Below, in pieces: positions 1 through 9,485 of a DNA stretch of 64,000 nt (the stretch's first letter is position 1; each line of letters opens with the position of its first letter). The notes under the pieces were generated by a model that was not told the origin of the DNA, made no database searches, and saw only the letters and a list, made by a program, of their open reading frames with translations. This DNA is from an uncultured Bordetella sp. GTDB taxonomy: Bacteria > Pseudomonadota > Gammaproteobacteria > Burkholderiales > SG8-41. Both the position numbers and the translations under genes were made by a program. The stretch spans positions 1,870 through 65,869 of the forward strand of contig CAZAOZ010000012.1 in assembly GCA_964486865.1 (NCBI GenBank), given 5' to 3'.

Positions 1-852
1 AAGACACGCTTCAACCGCGGCTACCAGCACTGGCAAATATTCCGGACGCCCTCCAGCCATCGCCAGCGCAATCGCACAGGTCTCGACGGTGGTAATGCCG
101 CCGCGCGGCGGAAACTTGCCCAGCACCTGCGTGCGCGGAAAAGCCGCGCCGCGCAATATCCAGTCCACGCGCTCGCGTGTTGCCGGCCATATCGGCAGAC
201 CGTCGCCCCACAGATTGGTGATCAGCAGGTTGTTGGCTTTCTGCAGTGCGTCTTCGTACGTTTTGCCTTCGACGCTGAGCATCGGCAGTTCGCCATTGGA
301 TGATGGCGTGAAGCCGGACTGCCATTTCATCAATCCGTTGTAAAACTCCCTCTTGCGCGCAGTGATGGTCGACAGGTCGCTGCCCGGCAGGAACATGTCG
401 ATGGGGAACGTCACCATCGCGGCGTCCGGTGCCAGACCGAGACCCGACACGGCGTTTTTCATGACGCCGACGAAATCCGTCCGCGTCAGCGTGACGGTGG
501 GAATGCCCATTGTTTCGATCCTCGCGACTGCACGGCCGCAAGCGGTGGCGCAGGACCCTCAGGCCGCGTTGCCGACGATGACGGCGTCCACCCCGCTCTG
601 TTTGACGAGCTTTGCCGTCTCCTCGGTGGGAATCAGCGCGTTGCCTTGCGGATAGGCGTCGATCGGCAGCAGTTCCGCCGTCGGATAATCCGCCTTCAGC
701 AGATCGCGCAGCAGCGGCAGCATGCGAAACGCCTGCCACTGCTCGTTGCTGACAAAGCCGATACGCTTGCCGGCCAGCGTATCGATGCGTGGCGCGAATG
801 ATTGCGTAACTTCCAGCGCACCGGATGGATCGTGGAATTCAATTCTGGTCAT
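1..852 (-). CDS. UGSC-motif (GrdB-like) candidate selenoprotein fused to a homolog of the 347-aa UGSC-partner protein. In-frame TGA (Sec) at 559-561. The 3' end runs off the window.
   Basis: The minus-strand frame is open from ATG 852-850 (AGGAGGG RBS about 8 nt upstream) to the window edge if TGA 561-559 is read through. The translation ...DAVIVGNAA-U-GSCATACGRAVARIETMGIPTVTLTRTDF... aligns on both sides of the TGA with the protein at 18708-19232. Later residues (NLWGDGLPIWPATRERV...TTVETCAIALAMAGGRPEYLPVLVAAVEA) align with the N-terminus of 19253-20296. The ORF track shows only the part upstream of the TGA (559..960). Confidence 0.7.
528..553 (-). other. Candidate SECIS-like hairpin downstream of TGA 559-561
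   Basis: Minus-strand sequence CTGCGC-CA-CCG-CTTG-CGG-CC-GTGCAG gives a 6-bp lower stem (one G-U), a 2x2 internal loop, a 3-bp upper stem and a CUUG loop. The loop begins 16 nt after the UGA. Folded by eye only. Confidence 0.4.
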
Positions 853-968
853 ATGGGGAACCCTCCTGATCAAATCCATTCTAATGGGAGCCGTCGCCAG
901 TATAAACACGCTTCGCTCATAAAATTGACATTTACCGTCGCGACCGATGAAACCGTACAATTCACATC

Positions 969-1826
969 ATGAACACACGCTTGATCCGTAGCCTCGCGCT
1001 CGCCATCGCGCTCGTCGCAGCGTCCGGCATTGCGCACGCCAACGCACCGTCCGCCGGCCAGGCCGCGCGCGCCGAAGCCCGCTACGCACGCACCCTGAAC
1101 AGCCCATCAGCCGCGCCCGCCGGCAAAGCGGCCACGCCGGCAACGGGCGCGCGCAGCAGCAAACCGCTGCATGCCGTCACCGGCGTCGCACCCGGTCAGG
1201 CCGGCTATGTGCATTATTTTCTGCTGCGCATGCCGGACGATACGACGGAAGTGCAGGTGGGCATTGAGCTCGCCGACCAGACCATCGCGTGGTCGTTTCC
1301 CGGCCTCGGCGTCGCCGTGTCGCCCTTCATGGAAGCCGCCCATTTTGAAGCCGGCGGCCAGGGTTACGACGTCTGGCATCTCTACGGCCTGCGGCCGTTT
1401 GCCGACAATGCGACCATGAGTAAACTGCGGCGCGAACTGCCGGCGCGCGTCGCACGCTGGGTCAAGGCGGACATCCCCTATTGCCTCGATGACGGCCCCG
1501 CCCGCCATTGCATGAGCTGCCTGGGATTTGTGCTGCGCGCGCTATATCCGGGACGCGGCGACTCTCCGGCGATGCCGCAGGATTTCTGGCGCACCGTAAA
1601 TCCGGCCCGCTACTCGCCCAACGACCTGCTGCTGTACCTGACCGGCATGCTCGATCAGCCGAACCGCGCTGCGCGGCTGCAGCGCATCAGCCGGCTGGAA
1701 CTGCCGGCCGACCTGCGCAGCGATCTCGAGCGACTAGTCCATGCGATGGGCGCGCATGAGGCAGCGCCGGTGGCGCAGAAACGCGCCGGCGCCCCGCGCA
1801 GCAGCGCATCACCCAAAAAACTGTAG
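969..1826 (+). CDS. Exported hypothetical protein (285 aa)
   Basis: N-terminal signal-peptide-like MNTRLIRSLALAIALVAASGIAHA, followed by an Ala/Pro-rich linker. No family recognised. Confidence 0.55.
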   Translation: MNTRLIRSLALAIALVAASGIAHANAPSAGQAARAEARYARTLNSPSAAPAGKAATPATGARSSKPLHAVTGVAPGQAGYVHYFLLRMPDDTTEVQVGIELADQTIAWSFPGLGVAVSPFMEAAHFEAGGQGYDVWHLYGLRPFADNATMSKLRRELPARVARWVKADIPYCLDDGPARHCMSCLGFVLRALYPGRGDSPAMPQDFWRTVNPARYSPNDLLLYLTGMLDQPNRAARLQRISRLELPADLRSDLERLVHAMGAHEAAPVAQKRAGAPRSSASPKKL

Positions 1827-1851
1827 TTCGCGCCGGCCACCGGCTGAGCAT

Positions 1852-3033
1852 CTACAGCAACGTCTGCTGCCCGGCAGCACCCTCCACCACCGCGCCGGGT
1901 TTCGACAACGCGCCCACCCGCACGCCGAGCAGGCGGATGCGCCGGTCGAGCGGCACGCGTTTGAGGCACTCGCCGGCGGCGCGGCGGATCACTTTCGCGT
2001 CCTGCGTGGGCTGCTCAATCGTTAAATCGCGAGTCACGGTTTTGAAATTGTCATAGCGGATTTTCAGGCCGATGGTCTTGCCGGCATAACCCTTGCGCTG
2101 CAAGTCACCCGCCACGCGCACGCACAGGGCGGTAAAGATCTCCGTCAGCCGCGCCTTGTCGCGCACCGGATGCAGATCGTCCTCAAATGTCGTCTCGCGG
2201 CTGATGGACCTGGGCTCGCTGTACGTCACCACCGGCCGGTCGTCGCGGCCGTGCGCCGCTTCGTGCATCCACGCGCCGTAGCTGTGGCCGAAATGTTTCA
2301 CCAGCAGCGCCGGGTCGGCCTGCGCCAGATCGCCGACGGTGCGGATGCCCAGCGCCTCCAGCTTCGCATTCGCCTTCGGTCCGATGCCGTTGATCTTGCG
2401 CACTGCCAGCGGCCATACCAGCGTTTTGATCTCGTCCTCGCGGATCACGCTGATCCCGGCCGGCTTGTGCAGCTCCGAGGCGATTTTCGACAGCAGCTTG
2501 TTCGGCGTGATGCCGATGGAGCACGACAGTTGCGTCGTCTCGCGCACCGAACGCTGGATGTCGGTGGCAATGGCCCGCGCGCGCGCCCACGGGTCGGGCG
2601 CGCCGTCGGCGGCGCTGGCCGCCACCAGTTCCGTCAGATCGATGTAGATTTCATCGATGCCGCGATCCTCGACCTGCGGTGCAATCGCGCGCACGGCATC
2701 CTTGAACATTCTGGAATAGCGCCGGTAGGCGTCGAAATCCGCAGGCAGCAACGCCGCGTCCGGCGCCAGTTTTGCCGCCTTCATCAGACCCATGCCTGAA
2801 TGCACGCCCAGCGCCCGCGCTTCGTAAGTAGCCGTGGTGATCACGCCGCGCCCGGTGTAGCCGCGCAGTGTGGAGAATTCCGTATCGGCAGGATCGTTCT
2901 GCGCCGCGCGCCGCCGTCCGCCGACCACCACGGCCTTGCCGCGCAACTGCGGATAACGCAGCAGCTCGACCGATGCGTAAAACGCATCCATGTCGAGATG
3001 GGCGATGTAACGGGGATGCGCGGCGGGTTCCAT
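1852..3033 (-). CDS. dinB: DNA polymerase IV (Y-family translesion polymerase)
   Basis: IAHLDMDAFYASVELLRYPQLRGKAVVVGG near the N-terminus, plus SCSIGITPNKLLSKIASELHKP and LPVRKINGIGPK motifs typical of DinB. Start placed at the internal Met (MEPAAH...). The ORF could extend to 3072. Confidence 0.9.
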   Translation of the reverse strand: MEPAAHPRYIAHLDMDAFYASVELLRYPQLRGKAVVVGGRRRAAQNDPADTEFSTLRGYTGRGVITTATYEARALGVHSGMGLMKAAKLAPDAALLPADFDAYRRYSRMFKDAVRAIAPQVEDRGIDEIYIDLTELVAASAADGAPDPWARARAIATDIQRSVRETTQLSCSIGITPNKLLSKIASELHKPAGISVIREDEIKTLVWPLAVRKINGIGPKANAKLEALGIRTVGDLAQADPALLVKHFGHSYGAWMHEAAHGRDDRPVVTYSEPRSISRETTFEDDLHPVRDKARLTEIFTALCVRVAGDLQRKGYAGKTIGLKIRYDNFKTVTRDLTIEQPTQDAKVIRRAAGECLKRVPLDRRIRLLGVRVGALSKPGAVVEGAAGQQTLL

Positions 3034-3132
3034 AATGCAGTCGTGCCGATTGATTCTACCCGCGGATGACAAGCCCGCGCCGTTCAGTGTCTAATCCGGC
3101 GTTCCGCAACCCTGACTGACGGGATCATCACC

Positions 3133-3867
3133 ATGACCGAAGTAACCGCCGCCCTACGTTCCGAATTCGCGCCGACCGGCACACTGCGCGTGGGCCTGAA
3201 CATGAGCAACTTTCTGCTGACGCGCACCGACGCCGCGACGGGCAAACCGGCAGGCGTGGCGCATGACCTCGCGCTGGAACTCGGCCGCCGCCTCGGCCTC
3301 ACCGTTGAATTCGTGCCGCACCCGAATCCCGGTGCGCTGGCCGATGCCGCGAACAAGAACATCTGGGATGTGGGTTTTCTCGGTGCCGAACCGGCACGCG
3401 CGAACGAAATTGACTTCACCGCGGCTTATGTCGAAATCGATTCCACCTATCTGGTGCCGCCGGGCTCTGCCCTGAAACATGCCGGTGAAGTGGATCGCAA
3501 GGGCGTGAGAATCATCGTGCCAGCCAAAGCCGCTTACGAGCTGTATCTCACGCGCACCATCAAAAACGCCGAGCTGGTCAAGGAAGCCGGCGCCGATGCG
3601 TCATTCAAGCGTTTCGTCGATGAAAAATTCGACGCTCTCGCCGGCCTGCGCCCACGCCTCGTTTCCGACCAGGCCAAACTGCCGGGCTCGCGCATTGTCG
3701 AAGGCCGCTTTACCGCCGTGCAGCAGGCAGCCGGGGTACCGAAAGGCCGCCCCGCGGCAGCCCGATACCTCGCCGCGTTCATCGAGGATGTGAAAGCCGC
3801 GGGACTGGTCGCCAAGGCCATTGCGGACAACAAGGTCGTCGGCCTGACCATCGCTGCCGCGGCGTAA
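3133..3867 (+). CDS. Solute-binding protein family 3-like (amino-acid ABC-type substrate-binding domain)
   Basis: 244 aa with SBP_bac_3-like layout (LRVGLN..., DVGFLGAEPARANEIDFTAAYVEIDSTYLV, RIIVPAKAAYELYL). No obvious signal peptide and no adjacent permease or ATPase. Confidence 0.7.
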   Translation: MTEVTAALRSEFAPTGTLRVGLNMSNFLLTRTDAATGKPAGVAHDLALELGRRLGLTVEFVPHPNPGALADAANKNIWDVGFLGAEPARANEIDFTAAYVEIDSTYLVPPGSALKHAGEVDRKGVRIIVPAKAAYELYLTRTIKNAELVKEAGADASFKRFVDEKFDALAGLRPRLVSDQAKLPGSRIVEGRFTAVQQAAGVPKGRPAAARYLAAFIEDVKAAGLVAKAIADNKVVGLTIAAAA

Positions 3868-3928
3868 ACCGCGCCGGGCGCTGCTCGCACTTATTCAACA
3901 ATCCAGACCGGAATCGACGGATTTCAGC

Positions 3929-4831
3929 GTGGCGCGCACCATCAAAACCTATCTGACGACCGAACGCGCCACGCACGGCGACTTCTGGATCCGCAACGAA
4001 AACCGGGCGTCGCACGCCGAACACGCCCATCGCCACGAATTCTTCCAGATCCAGGTCAATCTCGAGGGTACAACGCGCCATTACATCGGCGCCGCCGAGC
4101 GCCGGCTGGAACCCGGTTCTCTCGCATTTGTATTGCCTTACCGCGTACATCTGGGTGGACGGCCCGCAAACTCGCGTTTTTACGTCATCAATTTCCAGCA
4201 GAACTTTTTGTTCCCCGACCTTAACGTCGATCCGCTGGAACTGGAAAACGTGCCGATTGCCCAAGCCCCGCTGCTGGCGCCGTTCCTGTTCCAGGACACG
4301 CTGGATTTCGTGCTCAGGGACGCCGATCTGGAGCTCGTACGCAACGCCTGCGGGAAAATGATGGCCGAGCATGCCCGCCGCAGCCTGTTTTCGCGCGACA
4401 TTATCCGCGCCAACTTGGCGCTGCTGATCGGCACGGTGTGTGAACGGTTCGAGAAACCGCTGTCCCTGGCCGATGGGCATGCACAGCAGCGTCACCATAC
4501 ACAGACCCTCGCCCGCGTGATGCGCTACATCCGGGAAAATCTTTCCGGGGACATTACACTCGCCAAAGCTGCGCGCGCGGCCAACCTGTCGCCAAATTAC
4601 CTGACAAACCTGCTCAAACAGGAAACCGGCAAGACTTTCACCAGTCTGGTGACTTCCCGGCGCATGGAAAAAGCGCGGGAATTGCTCACCCATACGACGC
4701 TACGGGTGTCGGAGATCGCCGGCGCCGCCGGCTTCGAGGACGAAGCCTACTTCAATCGGCGCTTCAGGCAGTATTTCCACACCTCGCCGGCCGCCTACCG
4801 CGACAGGGAAACGCCTGCTGCGGTGCGATGA
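3929..4831 (+). CDS. AraC family transcriptional regulator (cupin sensor plus C-terminal HTH)
   Basis: C-terminal ITLAKAARAANLSPNYLTNLLKQETGKTFTSLVTSRRMEKARELLTHTTLRVSEIAGAAGFEDEAYFNRRFRQYFHTSP is a classic AraC double HTH. GTG start. Confidence 0.85.
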   Translation: MARTIKTYLTTERATHGDFWIRNENRASHAEHAHRHEFFQIQVNLEGTTRHYIGAAERRLEPGSLAFVLPYRVHLGGRPANSRFYVINFQQNFLFPDLNVDPLELENVPIAQAPLLAPFLFQDTLDFVLRDADLELVRNACGKMMAEHARRSLFSRDIIRANLALLIGTVCERFEKPLSLADGHAQQRHHTQTLARVMRYIRENLSGDITLAKAARAANLSPNYLTNLLKQETGKTFTSLVTSRRMEKARELLTHTTLRVSEIAGAAGFEDEAYFNRRFRQYFHTSPAAYRDRETPAAVR

Positions 4832-4930
4832 TGGATTTCTCCAACAAAATCCCGGTTTCTTCCTTGCGGCCTCGCACGCAAGACCCTTAGCCTCACCCTT
4901 GGCCCACACCTGCAGGAGGTTCGCCACATC

Positions 4931-5343
4931 ATGGTCATCAAAGCCAGTGTCGTCATGTTATCCGGCACACAATTGCTCGGCACGGCACGCAGCCGCACCG
5001 TAGTCACCGACCGCCCCCTTGATGAGGGCGGCACCGATGTCGGTTTCACCTCCGGTGAAATGCTGCTGCTCGCAATCGGTTCCTGCGCTTCGTCGGGAGG
5101 TCTGCGCCGGCACTTCGCGGAAAAAGCATACCCTGCGGCAACCTCCGCACCGATGTCCGATTCGACGCGCCGACCGCTCCCGGACGCCGCGACCGCATCG
5201 TCATCGACCTGACGATGGATGAAGCCCTGTGCATCGACAGGCAGGGCATCAGGGCCGCCGCCCTGTCCGGCGGGGTCACCAGTCGCCTTGCGGCAGGGTC
5301 GGACATGGAAATCAGAATCAACGGCAAACCATGCTCCGGATAG
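4931..5343 (+). pseudogene. OsmC/Ohr-family gene interrupted by a 1-nt frameshift in an A5 run (5121-5125)
   Basis: Frame 1 gives an OsmC-like N-half (DEGGTDVGFTSGEMLLLAIGSCASSG) and then runs into unrelated sequence and a stop at 5212. The +2 frame continues as an OsmC-like C-half (SIPCGNLRTDVRFDA...DRIVIDLTMDEALCIDRQGIRAAALSGGVTSRL...) ending at TAG 5341-5343. Adding one A to GAAAAAG restores ...FAEKSIPCGN.... GGAGG RBS upstream of ATG 4931. Confidence 0.6.
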
Positions 5344-5399
5344 CGCACTCCGCAATCCGGCGCTGACGACATAAAAACAGGCATCCACTGGAGGAACCC

Positions 5400-6380
5400 A
5401 TGATAACAATCCGGAACAATGCATTACTCGGAGTCCTGATCGCGCTGGCGGCGACGCCGGCGTGGTCACAAGGCAGTGCAGCGGGTTATCCCGCAAAGCC
5501 CATCCGCATCGTCGTGCCTACCGCGCCGGGCGGGGGTGTCGATGCCTCGGCGCGCATCATCGGCCAGAAACTTCTGGAAGTTTGGGGACAGCCCGTCCTC
5601 GTGGACAATCGCGGCGGCGCCTCGGGCATCATCGGCGCCGAGATCGTGGCCCGCGCCCCCGCCGACGGCCACACGCTGCTGGTCACACCGACCACGTTCA
5701 GCACCAACGTGAGCCTGTTCAAAAAACTGCCCTACGATACACGCAAGGATTTCATTCCGATATCCCTGATCTCCAAAGAGCCGAACATACTGATGGTACA
5801 TCCCTCACTGCCGGTGAAATCCGTAAAGGACCTGGTTGCCCTGGCCAAGCGCAGGCCGGCGGACCTCAACTTCGGTTTCGGAGGGGTCGGGAGTACAGCC
5901 AGCCTTTCCGGCGAATTGTTCAAACTCAAGGCGGGTGTGAATATGGCCGGCGTGTCTTTCAAGGGTAATGGCCCGGCCGTTACGGCGTTGGTGGCGGGAG
6001 AAGTCCAGGTGATGTTTCCCGGACTGCCTGCAACATTGTCGATGATCAAATCCGGCAAATTGCGCGCGCTGGCCATAACGTCCTCGAAACGTTCGTCGTA
6101 CCTGCCGGACGTGCCGACCATGGCGGAAGCGGGCATTCCCGGATTCGAGGTAACCAACTGGATCGGCGCTCTGGCACCCGCGCAGACCCCCGGAGAAATC
6201 GTCAAAAAGCTGAACGCCGGGCTGGTGCAGATTCTCGCCATGCCCGCCACCAGGGAACGTTTCGCTGTTGTCGGCGTGACACCCGACAGCAGTACCGTCG
6301 ATGAATTCAGGATGTTTCTTCATTCGGAAATCGAGCGCTGGGGCCATGTGGTCAAGGCGGCCGGCATTCCAGTCAACTGA
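5400..6380 (+). CDS. Bug/TctC family tripartite tricarboxylate transporter substrate-binding protein
   Basis: Signal peptide followed by YPAKPIRIVVPTAPGGGVDASARIIGQKL...VDNRGGASG...DGHTLL..., the family hallmark. GGAGGAA RBS. Confidence 0.9.
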   Translation: MITIRNNALLGVLIALAATPAWSQGSAAGYPAKPIRIVVPTAPGGGVDASARIIGQKLLEVWGQPVLVDNRGGASGIIGAEIVARAPADGHTLLVTPTTFSTNVSLFKKLPYDTRKDFIPISLISKEPNILMVHPSLPVKSVKDLVALAKRRPADLNFGFGGVGSTASLSGELFKLKAGVNMAGVSFKGNGPAVTALVAGEVQVMFPGLPATLSMIKSGKLRALAITSSKRSSYLPDVPTMAEAGIPGFEVTNWIGALAPAQTPGEIVKKLNAGLVQILAMPATRERFAVVGVTPDSSTVDEFRMFLHSEIERWGHVVKAAGIPVN

Positions 6381-6399
6381 ACGTGCAAGGGAAAATCAC

Positions 6400-6921
6400 A
6401 TGGCTTATACGCTCGACGCATTCTACGGCGACGCACGAACCCTCCTGAAGGCCGATTCCGGCCCCGCCGGCGTCGAACAGGTCCGCAAAAAAATGGAAAT
6501 CCTGGTCAGCGACCCCGGATTCGTGGCGGAGCATTTTCACGAGAGCGTCAAGTACGGCCCGCGCCGGCTGTTCGTCGATCCCGAAATCGGCTTCGAAGTG
6601 CTGGGCTATCGCGCGGAAAAAGCCCGTCATTCTCCCGCGCACGACCATGGCGATTCCTGGGCGCTGTATGCCCAGGTGCGCGATTACACCGAGATGACCG
6701 AATACACCCGCCTCGACGACGGCAAGGATCCGGACAACGCAACGCTCGGCATCAAGTCCAAATACAAACTCGAGAAGGGCCAGGTCGGCACATACTGGGG
6801 CAGCCAGTTGCATTCGACATACACGCCCATCGACTGCTGTTACCTGCGGGTTACCGGCACCGACCTGGAAAAGCGGCCGCGCGTGCGCATCGACCAGAAC
6901 ACCGGAAAAATAATGAAGTAG
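6400..6921 (+). CDS. Cupin-fold protein, possibly cysteine-dioxygenase-like thiol dioxygenase family
   Basis: 173 aa. The motif RHSPAHDHGDSWALYAQVRDYTEMTEY resembles the HDH...W metal-site region of bacterial CDO/3-mercaptopropionate dioxygenase homologs. Start taken at the internal ATG 6400, just after the upstream Bug stop. Confidence 0.5.
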   Translation: MAYTLDAFYGDARTLLKADSGPAGVEQVRKKMEILVSDPGFVAEHFHESVKYGPRRLFVDPEIGFEVLGYRAEKARHSPAHDHGDSWALYAQVRDYTEMTEYTRLDDGKDPDNATLGIKSKYKLEKGQVGTYWGSQLHSTYTPIDCCYLRVTGTDLEKRPRVRIDQNTGKIMK

Positions 6922-7033
6922 TAAAGGTCGGGGTCTCCGACGGCATACCGGACGGGTTTGCAGCTTTCATCGATTCCAAAATCGGCAATTGGAGCAAGTC
7001 CATCAAGAACGCTGGAGTCAAAAAGGAAGAACT

Positions 7034-8002
7034 GTGACCAGGAAACTGCCTTTGACATTTTTAGTTGCAATATTTGCAGTTGCGTCAACGGCCGCGTACG
7101 GGGCGGAGCGTTACCCAACAAAACCGGTACGCCTGATCGTGCCGTTTGCCCCCGGAGGCAACGTCGATATCGTCACGCGAGTAATTGCGCGCAAGCTCGC
7201 GGAAAATATCGGCCAGCAGGTAGTGGTTGATAATCGTGCCGGTGCAGGAGGAGTCATCGGGACCGAGCTTGCCGCACGCGCACCGGCCGACGGTTACACG
7301 CTGGTCATGGTCACCGCCAGTCACCTCACCAATCCGGGTTTGCGTAAACTTCCTTACGATACCGAAAAGGATTTCGCGCCGGTTTCCGTCGTTGTTGACG
7401 TGCCCGTCATTCTGGTTGTTCATCCGTCACTGCCAGTGCGGACCGTAACTGAATTGATTGCCTTGGCAAAAGCCAAGCCGGGGTCCCTCAACTTTGGCTC
7501 GGGCGGAGCGGGAACGGGCGCTCACCTCGCAGCCGAGTTACTGAAGAGCGCTGCCAAAGTGGATATTGTGCATATTCCGTACAAGGGTATCGGACTCGCG
7601 CTGGTCGATCTTCTCGGCGGGCAGATTCAGATGATGTTTTCCGCGATGCCTTCGGTTATTCCGCATGTGCGCCAAAGCAGGCTCAGGGCCCTCGGGGTCG
7701 CGGCAGCAAAACGCGTACCGGCCCTGCCGGACTTGCCTGCCATCCGAGAAACCGGTGTGTCAAACGTGGAAGCCAGCGTCAGTTTCACGCTGCTCGCACC
7801 CGCGGCCACATCCAAAAAAACCATCGCCTATCTGAACAAAGAGATCGTCAAAACACTCGGCGCACCGGAAACAAATGAACGGCTGGTGAGCGAAGGTGCG
7901 ATTCCGGTGGGCAGTTCTCCTGATGAGGCTGCGCGCTTCGTGACCAGTGAAATCGCCCGCTGGAACCGGGTCACAAAAACCTTGGGCTTGCGCCTCGACT
8001 GA
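7034..8002 (+). CDS. Bug/TctC family substrate-binding protein
   Basis: YPTKPVRLIVPFAPGGNVDIVTRVIARKL...VDNRAGAGG...DGYTLV. GTG 7034 is preceded by AAGGAAG. The ORF track starts at TTG 6989. Confidence 0.85.
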   Translation: MTRKLPLTFLVAIFAVASTAAYGAERYPTKPVRLIVPFAPGGNVDIVTRVIARKLAENIGQQVVVDNRAGAGGVIGTELAARAPADGYTLVMVTASHLTNPGLRKLPYDTEKDFAPVSVVVDVPVILVVHPSLPVRTVTELIALAKAKPGSLNFGSGGAGTGAHLAAELLKSAAKVDIVHIPYKGIGLALVDLLGGQIQMMFSAMPSVIPHVRQSRLRALGVAAAKRVPALPDLPAIRETGVSNVEASVSFTLLAPAATSKKTIAYLNKEIVKTLGAPETNERLVSEGAIPVGSSPDEAARFVTSEIARWNRVTKTLGLRLD

Positions 8003-8035
8003 GGATCATGAATTTTCAAACCACACCGCGTTGCC

Positions 8036-8932
8036 ATGCAACGATCACCAATCAACAGGGAAGGAAATAAAGTGAATTTACGGGAAAATCAGAAAACAGA
8101 GGCATTGGTCGATCCGGCGTGGGTCGCCGCCCACAAGGACGATCCGGATGTCGTCCTGATCGACATCGCCGGCCTTGGACAGGATGAACTGCAGGCCTAC
8201 AAGGCAGGTCACGTGCCGGGCGCCTACGGCTGGAAGTGGAAAGACATGCTGTGGGAAACGCACATGCGTGATTTCCCGTCTCCGGAAGAATTTGCGAGGC
8301 GCCTCGGCGCAGCCGGCATCGACAATGACACTACCGTGGTGTTTTATGGTGAAGGCGTTCAATTCGGCATCTACGCCTGGTGGGTGTTCCGCTACTGCGG
8401 CCACGAGAAAGTGCGCATCCTCGATGGCGCGCGCTATCAGTGGGCAAAAGAGGGGCGTCCACTGGTCACCGACGTACCGGCACCCCGCCCCGCAAAAAAA
8501 TACCACCCGGTTGCCCGCATTGAAAGCATGCGCATCCTGCGCGATGACGTTTTTAAATCACTGGGAAACAACCAGACCCTGCTGCTCGACGGCAGATCAC
8601 ACGAGGAATACCGCGGCGAGCGGGTAGGCGCGACCGGTGGTCCCGATGTGGGCGCGATGTGTTATGGACGAATTCCCGGCGCACGCCATCTCTTTTTTGA
8701 CGACCTGCTGAACCCTACCAAGACTCTGAAATCCAGAGAGGAATTAGAGCACCTGGTCAATGCCTGCGGCGTGAAGCCGGACAAGGACATCATCGTGTAC
8801 TGCCGTCTCAGCCACCGTGCAACGGTTTTGTATCTCGCTCTTACCCAAATCGTCGGAATTGAACGGGTAAAAGTGTATGACGGCTCCTGGACTGAATGGG
8901 GAAACGTGGTCGGCCTTCCGATCGAGCGTTGA
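8036..8932 (+). CDS. Two-domain rhodanese-like sulfurtransferase (SseA/TST-like)
   Basis: Two rhodanese repeats. The catalytic loop is in the second domain (IIVYCRLSHRATVLYLAL), and the C-terminus is YDGSWTEWGN. An alternative GTG start at 8072 has a GGAAGGAAA RBS. Confidence 0.85.
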   Translation: MQRSPINREGNKVNLRENQKTEALVDPAWVAAHKDDPDVVLIDIAGLGQDELQAYKAGHVPGAYGWKWKDMLWETHMRDFPSPEEFARRLGAAGIDNDTTVVFYGEGVQFGIYAWWVFRYCGHEKVRILDGARYQWAKEGRPLVTDVPAPRPAKKYHPVARIESMRILRDDVFKSLGNNQTLLLDGRSHEEYRGERVGATGGPDVGAMCYGRIPGARHLFFDDLLNPTKTLKSREELEHLVNACGVKPDKDIIVYCRLSHRATVLYLALTQIVGIERVKVYDGSWTEWGNVVGLPIER

Positions 8933-9012
8933 TTTACCCAGCTACCGTCAATCACATATCCAGGCACCGCCGTTCGCCTGGTCATTAAACCTTGAATAAA
9001 GCGAGAACCCCG

Positions 9013-9435
9013 ATGAGTAATGGAAAACTGCAGGTGAACGTACGCCGGATTGAAGGCAAGAGACTCGAAGTGTCTGCACGCGGCAACCGCCTGATCGTTG
9101 ATCAGATCTATGCCGACGGCGGGGAGGATATCGGATTCCGGCCTACGGAACTCCTGCTGGGCGCCCTCGGGGCCTGCACCATGGGCACGGTGCTGACGTT
9201 CTGCGACAACATGAAAATTCCTGTTGAGTCCTTCACCATCGGCGTCGAGGGGAAACGGGAACCCGCGCCCGAGCGGATCAGCGAAATACAGGTTTCGATC
9301 AGCATTGAGGGAGACATTCCTGCTGAACGACTGGACACGCTCAAGCGTGTCGCAAACGGCTGCAGGATTCACTACACAATCACGCACTCCCCGAAAATCG
9401 GGATTGACCTGAACTCAGGCGGCAAGACCGTCTGA
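9013..9435 (+). CDS. OsmC/Ohr family peroxiredoxin-like protein
   Basis: DGGEDIGFRPTELLLGALGACTMGTVLTFCD...IQVSISIEGDIPAERLDTLKRVANGCRIHYTI shows both conserved Cys regions of the OsmC fold. Confidence 0.8.
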   Translation: MSNGKLQVNVRRIEGKRLEVSARGNRLIVDQIYADGGEDIGFRPTELLLGALGACTMGTVLTFCDNMKIPVESFTIGVEGKREPAPERISEIQVSISIEGDIPAERLDTLKRVANGCRIHYTITHSPKIGIDLNSGGKTV

Positions 9436-9485
9436 CGGGCACGCTAACGCGTGCGCCCCATGTTCACATATATCCGAGAAAGCAA

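Noticed and set aside
11-739. Long Arg/Ala/Gly-rich ORFs running antisense or out of frame to recognisable genes. Examples are 11..739(-), 3779..4693(-), 12492..13526(+), 16474..17538(+), 19235..20932(+), 26255..27583(-), 48028..49485(+), 51900..53465(-), 53469..55712(-), 58067..59365(-), and many shorter ones.
   Set aside because: These are typical high-GC shadow ORFs. They have low-complexity R/A/G/P-rich translations with no family motifs. Each overlaps an ORF on another frame or strand that has clear family signatures.
5210-5212. The TGA ending the 93-aa OsmC-like ORF, considered as a possible Sec codon.
   Set aside because: The sequence before this TGA has already lost OsmC similarity. 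The C-terminal OsmC homology is in a different frame, so a 1-nt frameshift at the A5 run explains the data better.
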